This document shows positions 9,394-11,732 of a stretch of 11,732 bases of DNA, piece after piece. The DNA is taken from contig CBFIGT010000071.1 in NCBI GenBank assembly GCA_965662175.1, forward strand, positions 1 through 11,732, read 5' to 3'. The notes beneath the pieces are model-generated. The model saw nothing but the letters and a program-made list of their open reading frames with translations. It ran no database searches and had not been told where the DNA came from. Origin of the DNA: Arcobacter sp. (GTDB lineage: Bacteria; Campylobacterota; Campylobacteria; Campylobacterales; Arcobacteraceae). The position numbers and the translations under genes were made by a program. Positions within the stretch are counted from its first letter, which is position 1, and each line of letters begins with the position of its first letter.

Positions 9394-9433
9394 TTTAATC
9401 CTTAGTATAATATTTTTAGTAAACAATTTACAT

Positions 9434-9442
9434 ATTATAGCA
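9434..9442 (-). promoter_or_regulatory. Extended -10 promoter (TGCTATAAT) for the lipoprotein operon, overlapping the phosphatase stop codon
   Basis: Perfect TGnTATAAT about 40 nt upstream of ATG 9393. The TAA within it is the stop codon of 9435..10175. Confidence 0.65.
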
Positions 9443-10175
9443 GATGATTTTTTATATTATTGGTTTTTAGCATACTTGAATAGGTTTTACTTTTAAATAT
9501 AATATTTTCTAGTAAATCAACATATTTTTTTCCATGGGCATCACTTCCAATAAAATCAACCATTTTCTCTTTTATGATTGCATCAACAGCACTTTTAACT
9601 TTTTTTCCATAAAATGCACCTATTGAGTTTGTATTAATTTGAAGTAAAACACCTCTATCTTTTAGCTCTTTTAATTTATTAATATTTTTAGTGTAATAAA
9701 TATATCTTTCTGGATGGGCTAAAATAGGTGTATAACCTGCACTTTGAAGTTCAAATAGTATTGTATCAAGATTGAGTGGAGGAACTGTATATGAAAGTTC
9801 AAAAAGTACATAGTTTTCTTTTCCAAAAGATAAAATATCTTTTTGTTTTATAAGCTCTAAAAAGTGTTCATCAAGATAATATTCAGCTGCAAAATCAAGC
9901 TCAATATCTATACCTTTTTTGATAACCTCTTCTTGAACTTTTTCAAAACCTCTTTTTATAATATCACTATTATTTGGAAATCTATGACTCATGATATGAG
10001 GAGTTGTTATAAGTTTTTCAAAACCTATCTCTTTCATCTTCCTTATAACAATCATGCTTTCAACTAAAGTACTTACTCCATCATCAATTTCTGGAATTAA
10101 GTGAGAATGTATATCAATAGTATTCTCTTTTTTAGAATTAATATTAAAAACTGAATTAATTATATTTTTAAACAA
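9435..10175 (-). CDS. CpsB/CapC (YwqE-like) PHP-family protein-tyrosine phosphatase, copy 2
   Basis: Motifs DIHSHLIPEIDDG, ITTPH, AAEYY, VLFEL, ILAHPERY and FIGSDAH. TTG start 6 nt after AGGAG. Confidence 0.93.
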   Translation of the reverse strand: MFKNIINSVFNINSKKENTIDIHSHLIPEIDDGVSTLVESMIVIRKMKEIGFEKLITTPHIMSHRFPNNSDIIKRGFEKVQEEVIKKGIDIELDFAAEYYLDEHFLELIKQKDILSFGKENYVLFELSYTVPPLNLDTILFELQSAGYTPILAHPERYIYYTKNINKLKELKDRGVLLQINTNSIGAFYGKKVKSAVDAIIKEKMVDFIGSDAHGKKYVDLLENIIFKSKTYSSMLKTNNIKNHLL

Positions 10176-10244
10176 AATAGACTCCTATTTACATATATTA
10201 TATAACTATTCTACTTTAAGAAAGTACTATAATAGTATCAATAT

Positions 10245-10997
10245 TTATAAAAAAGAGTTTTTTATTCTATTATTTTTAAATAGTTTATTAAAATTTTTAT
10301 CAAAAATTGTTTTTTCAAAACAATCTAAGTATTTATAATTGTGCATATCACTTCCTACAAAATCAATAACTCCCTCATTTAGTAAGGTTTGAGCACTTTT
10401 TTGAGCTGTTTTTCCATAAAATCCACCAAAAGAGTTTACATTCATTTGGAATAAAAGAGCATTTTCCTTTAATTTAAGTAGTTTATCCATTCTAGTTGAA
10501 AAATAGTTGTATCTTTCAGGATGAGCTAAAACAGGTCTATATCCAGCGCTTTGTAGTTCAAAAATAGTATTTTCCAAGCCTATTGGTGGAGTTGTATTTT
10601 TGTGTGGAGAGTAGGGAAGTTCAAATAAAACATAATTATCTCCAAAAGTTAAAATATCTTTTTTTCGTATAAGTTCTAAAAAATGTTCATCAAAAAAATA
10701 CTCACTAGCATACTCTAATTCTATATTTATATTTTGTTTAATAATAGCTTCTTGAACACTCTCAAAACCTTTTTTTATAATATCACTTGTATTTGGAAAA
10801 CGATGTTTCATAATATGGGGAGTTGTAATTAGTTTTTCAAAACCCAAACTTTCCATTTTTCTTATAAGAGTTAAACTCTCTTCTAAAGTTTTAACACCAT
10901 CATCAATACCAGGTATTAAGTGTGAATGAATATCTATTAAATAGTGATTATTTTTTTCATGATTTTTGTTAAAGAGTTTTAAAATATTTGAGAACAA
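10245..10997 (-). CDS. CpsB/CapC (YwqE-like) PHP-family protein-tyrosine phosphatase, copy 1 (start probably TTG 10997 rather than 11003)
   Basis: Motifs DIHSHLIPGIDDG, ITTPH, ASEYF, VLFEL, VLAHPERY and FVGSDMH. SD AAGGA abuts TTG 11003 but is 6 nt from the in-frame TTG 10997, which gives MFSNIL and parallels MFKNII of copy 2. Confidence 0.93.
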   Translation of the reverse strand: MFSNILKLFNKNHEKNNHYLIDIHSHLIPGIDDGVKTLEESLTLIRKMESLGFEKLITTPHIMKHRFPNTSDIIKKGFESVQEAIIKQNINIELEYASEYFFDEHFLELIRKKDILTFGDNYVLFELPYSPHKNTTPPIGLENTIFELQSAGYRPVLAHPERYNYFSTRMDKLLKLKENALLFQMNVNSFGGFYGKTAQKSAQTLLNEGVIDFVGSDMHNYKYLDCFEKTIFDKNFNKLFKNNRIKNSFL

Positions 10998-11059
10998 AAA
11001 CAATCCTTTTTATAATTTTTGACATTATATATAAAAAAGATTATAAGTAGTTGAGTTAT

Positions 11060-11089
11060 AAAAAGAGCCTTAAATTTAAGGCTCTTTTT
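11060..11089. terminator. Intrinsic, probably bidirectional terminator (perfect 30-bp palindrome)
   Basis: AAAAAGAGCCTTAAA|TTTAAGGCTCTTTTT is exactly self-complementary, has T-tracts on both strands, and starts 9 nt past the stop of the adhesin-like gene. Confidence 0.9.
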
Positions 11090-11098
11090 TAGTGGGAA

Positions 11099-11732
11099 TT
11101 AGATAATTGATACATTTAAATCTTCTTGGATTAGAAGTTTAACTGTTTCTTCTGTACTATTTGTTGCTGTATAGATGTTAAATCCATCAGCATCTGTATA
11201 TGCAGTTGAGTTATCTGATTGTAATACTTGAGTCCAATTATTATCAAGTTCAATTGTATCACCAGCATCACCATATATTTTTAATGTATTATCATCATCA
11301 GTAAGTGCTATAAATTCGTCAACACTCATATTACTTAAGATATGGTCACCTGAGGTAATGTTAATTTCATCAGCATCAGAAACATTAGATAATAGTGTTG
11401 CTAAATCTAATGTTTCAGTATCTGTATCATCAAAAGTATAAGTATCAGTTAAATCTATATTTACAGTATAAGATGCTGAATTACCAGCTTCACCTAATTC
11501 ATCTTTAGCATAGTAGCTAAATGTTACAGAAATATCAGAAGATGAATCTAAAGTATCAAATGAATCATTTGTAATAGAGTAAGAACCATCTGTATCAACA
11601 TTAACTGTTGTTCCTGTTACTTCTTCCCCATTTACAGTAGTTAAGACATCAACTGTTTCATCAAGGTAATATGTTAATGCAAATGCATTTGAAGTATCAA
11701 GATCCATAGATAACCTATCACCTAAACTATCT
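11099..11732 (-). CDS. C-terminus of a large acidic adhesin-like protein, probably type I secreted (BapA/LapA/RTX-adhesin-like); 5' end lies off the right edge
   Basis: The frame stays open past the track's Met to the window edge (DSLGDRLSM...). The sequence is Asp/Thr/Ser-rich and Cys-free, with an Ig/cadherin-like module (DGSYSI...VTFSYYAKDELGEAGNSASYTVNI) and a C-terminal pattern seen in T1SS adhesins (LTDDDNTLKIYGDAGDTIEL...W...GFNIYT...VKLLIQEDLNV). Confidence 0.75.
   Translation of the reverse strand, partial: DSLGDRLSMDLDTSNAFALTYYLDETVDVLTTVNGEEVTGTTVNVDTDGSYSITNDSFDTLDSSSDISVTFSYYAKDELGEAGNSASYTVNIDLTDTYTFDDTDTETLDLATLLSNVSDADEINITSGDHILSNMSVDEFIALTDDDNTLKIYGDAGDTIELDNNWTQVLQSDNSTAYTDADGFNIYTATNSTEETVKLLIQEDLNVSII

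Noticed and set aside
9394..9426. N-terminal extension MFTKNIILRIK given by the ORF track
   Set aside because: The SD and lipoprotein signal fit ATG 9393. The extension coincides with the predicted 5' UTR.
9141..10067. Plus-strand ORFs 9141..9398 and 9864..10067
   Set aside because: Antisense to the LPP20 and phosphatase genes, with no supporting signals.
10212..10237. Overlapping short inverted repeats (TACTTT-aag-AAAGTA and TACTAT-a-ATAGTA) between the phosphatase genes
   Set aside because: The arms are only 6 bp and AT-rich, so they are expected by chance. They are too weak to call an operator or terminator.
11060..11089. Perfect palindrome as a MITE, REP or CRISPR repeat
   Set aside because: It is single-copy in the window, and its position after a stop codon plus the flanking T-tracts are fully explained by an intrinsic terminator.
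6663..11732. tRNA-anchored prophage or integrative element
   Set aside because: No integrase, no repeat of the tRNA 3' end within the window and no obvious compositional shift. It cannot be excluded beyond the right edge.

Overview
This is a very AT-rich chromosomal window, most likely from a Campylobacterota (Arcobacteraceae-like) genome, inferred from the Cache histidine-kinase H-box MAAMGEMIENIAHQWRQPL, TGnTATAAT promoters and AAGGA/AGGAG Shine-Dalgarno sites. Left to right it holds: (1) the 5' part of a double-Cache sensor histidine kinase that the ORF track missed, lying downstream of ligA; (2) a divergent NMT1/THI5-like-PAS-GGDEF diguanylate cyclase; (3) a convergent, probably leaderless SAM methyltransferase; (4) a small membrane protein followed by tRNA-Val(GAC); (5) a tightly coupled minus-strand operon of four lipoproteins (LPP20-like, an unannotated 42-aa mini-lipoprotein, CsgG/HfaB-like with a TPR-like tail, and a longer LPP20-domain protein whose end is encoded antisense to the tRNA); (6) two tandem CpsB/CapC (YwqE-like) PHP tyrosine phosphatases; (7) a perfect 30-bp palindromic terminator; (8) the C-terminus of a large acidic adhesin-like protein, probably T1SS-secreted. 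I saw no mobile element, CRISPR array or defence system. The best candidate for an undescribed system is the four-lipoprotein operon, in which the mini-lipoprotein looks like the upstream LPP20 protein with its core domain removed. All family assignments come from motif recognition by eye, not from database searches.
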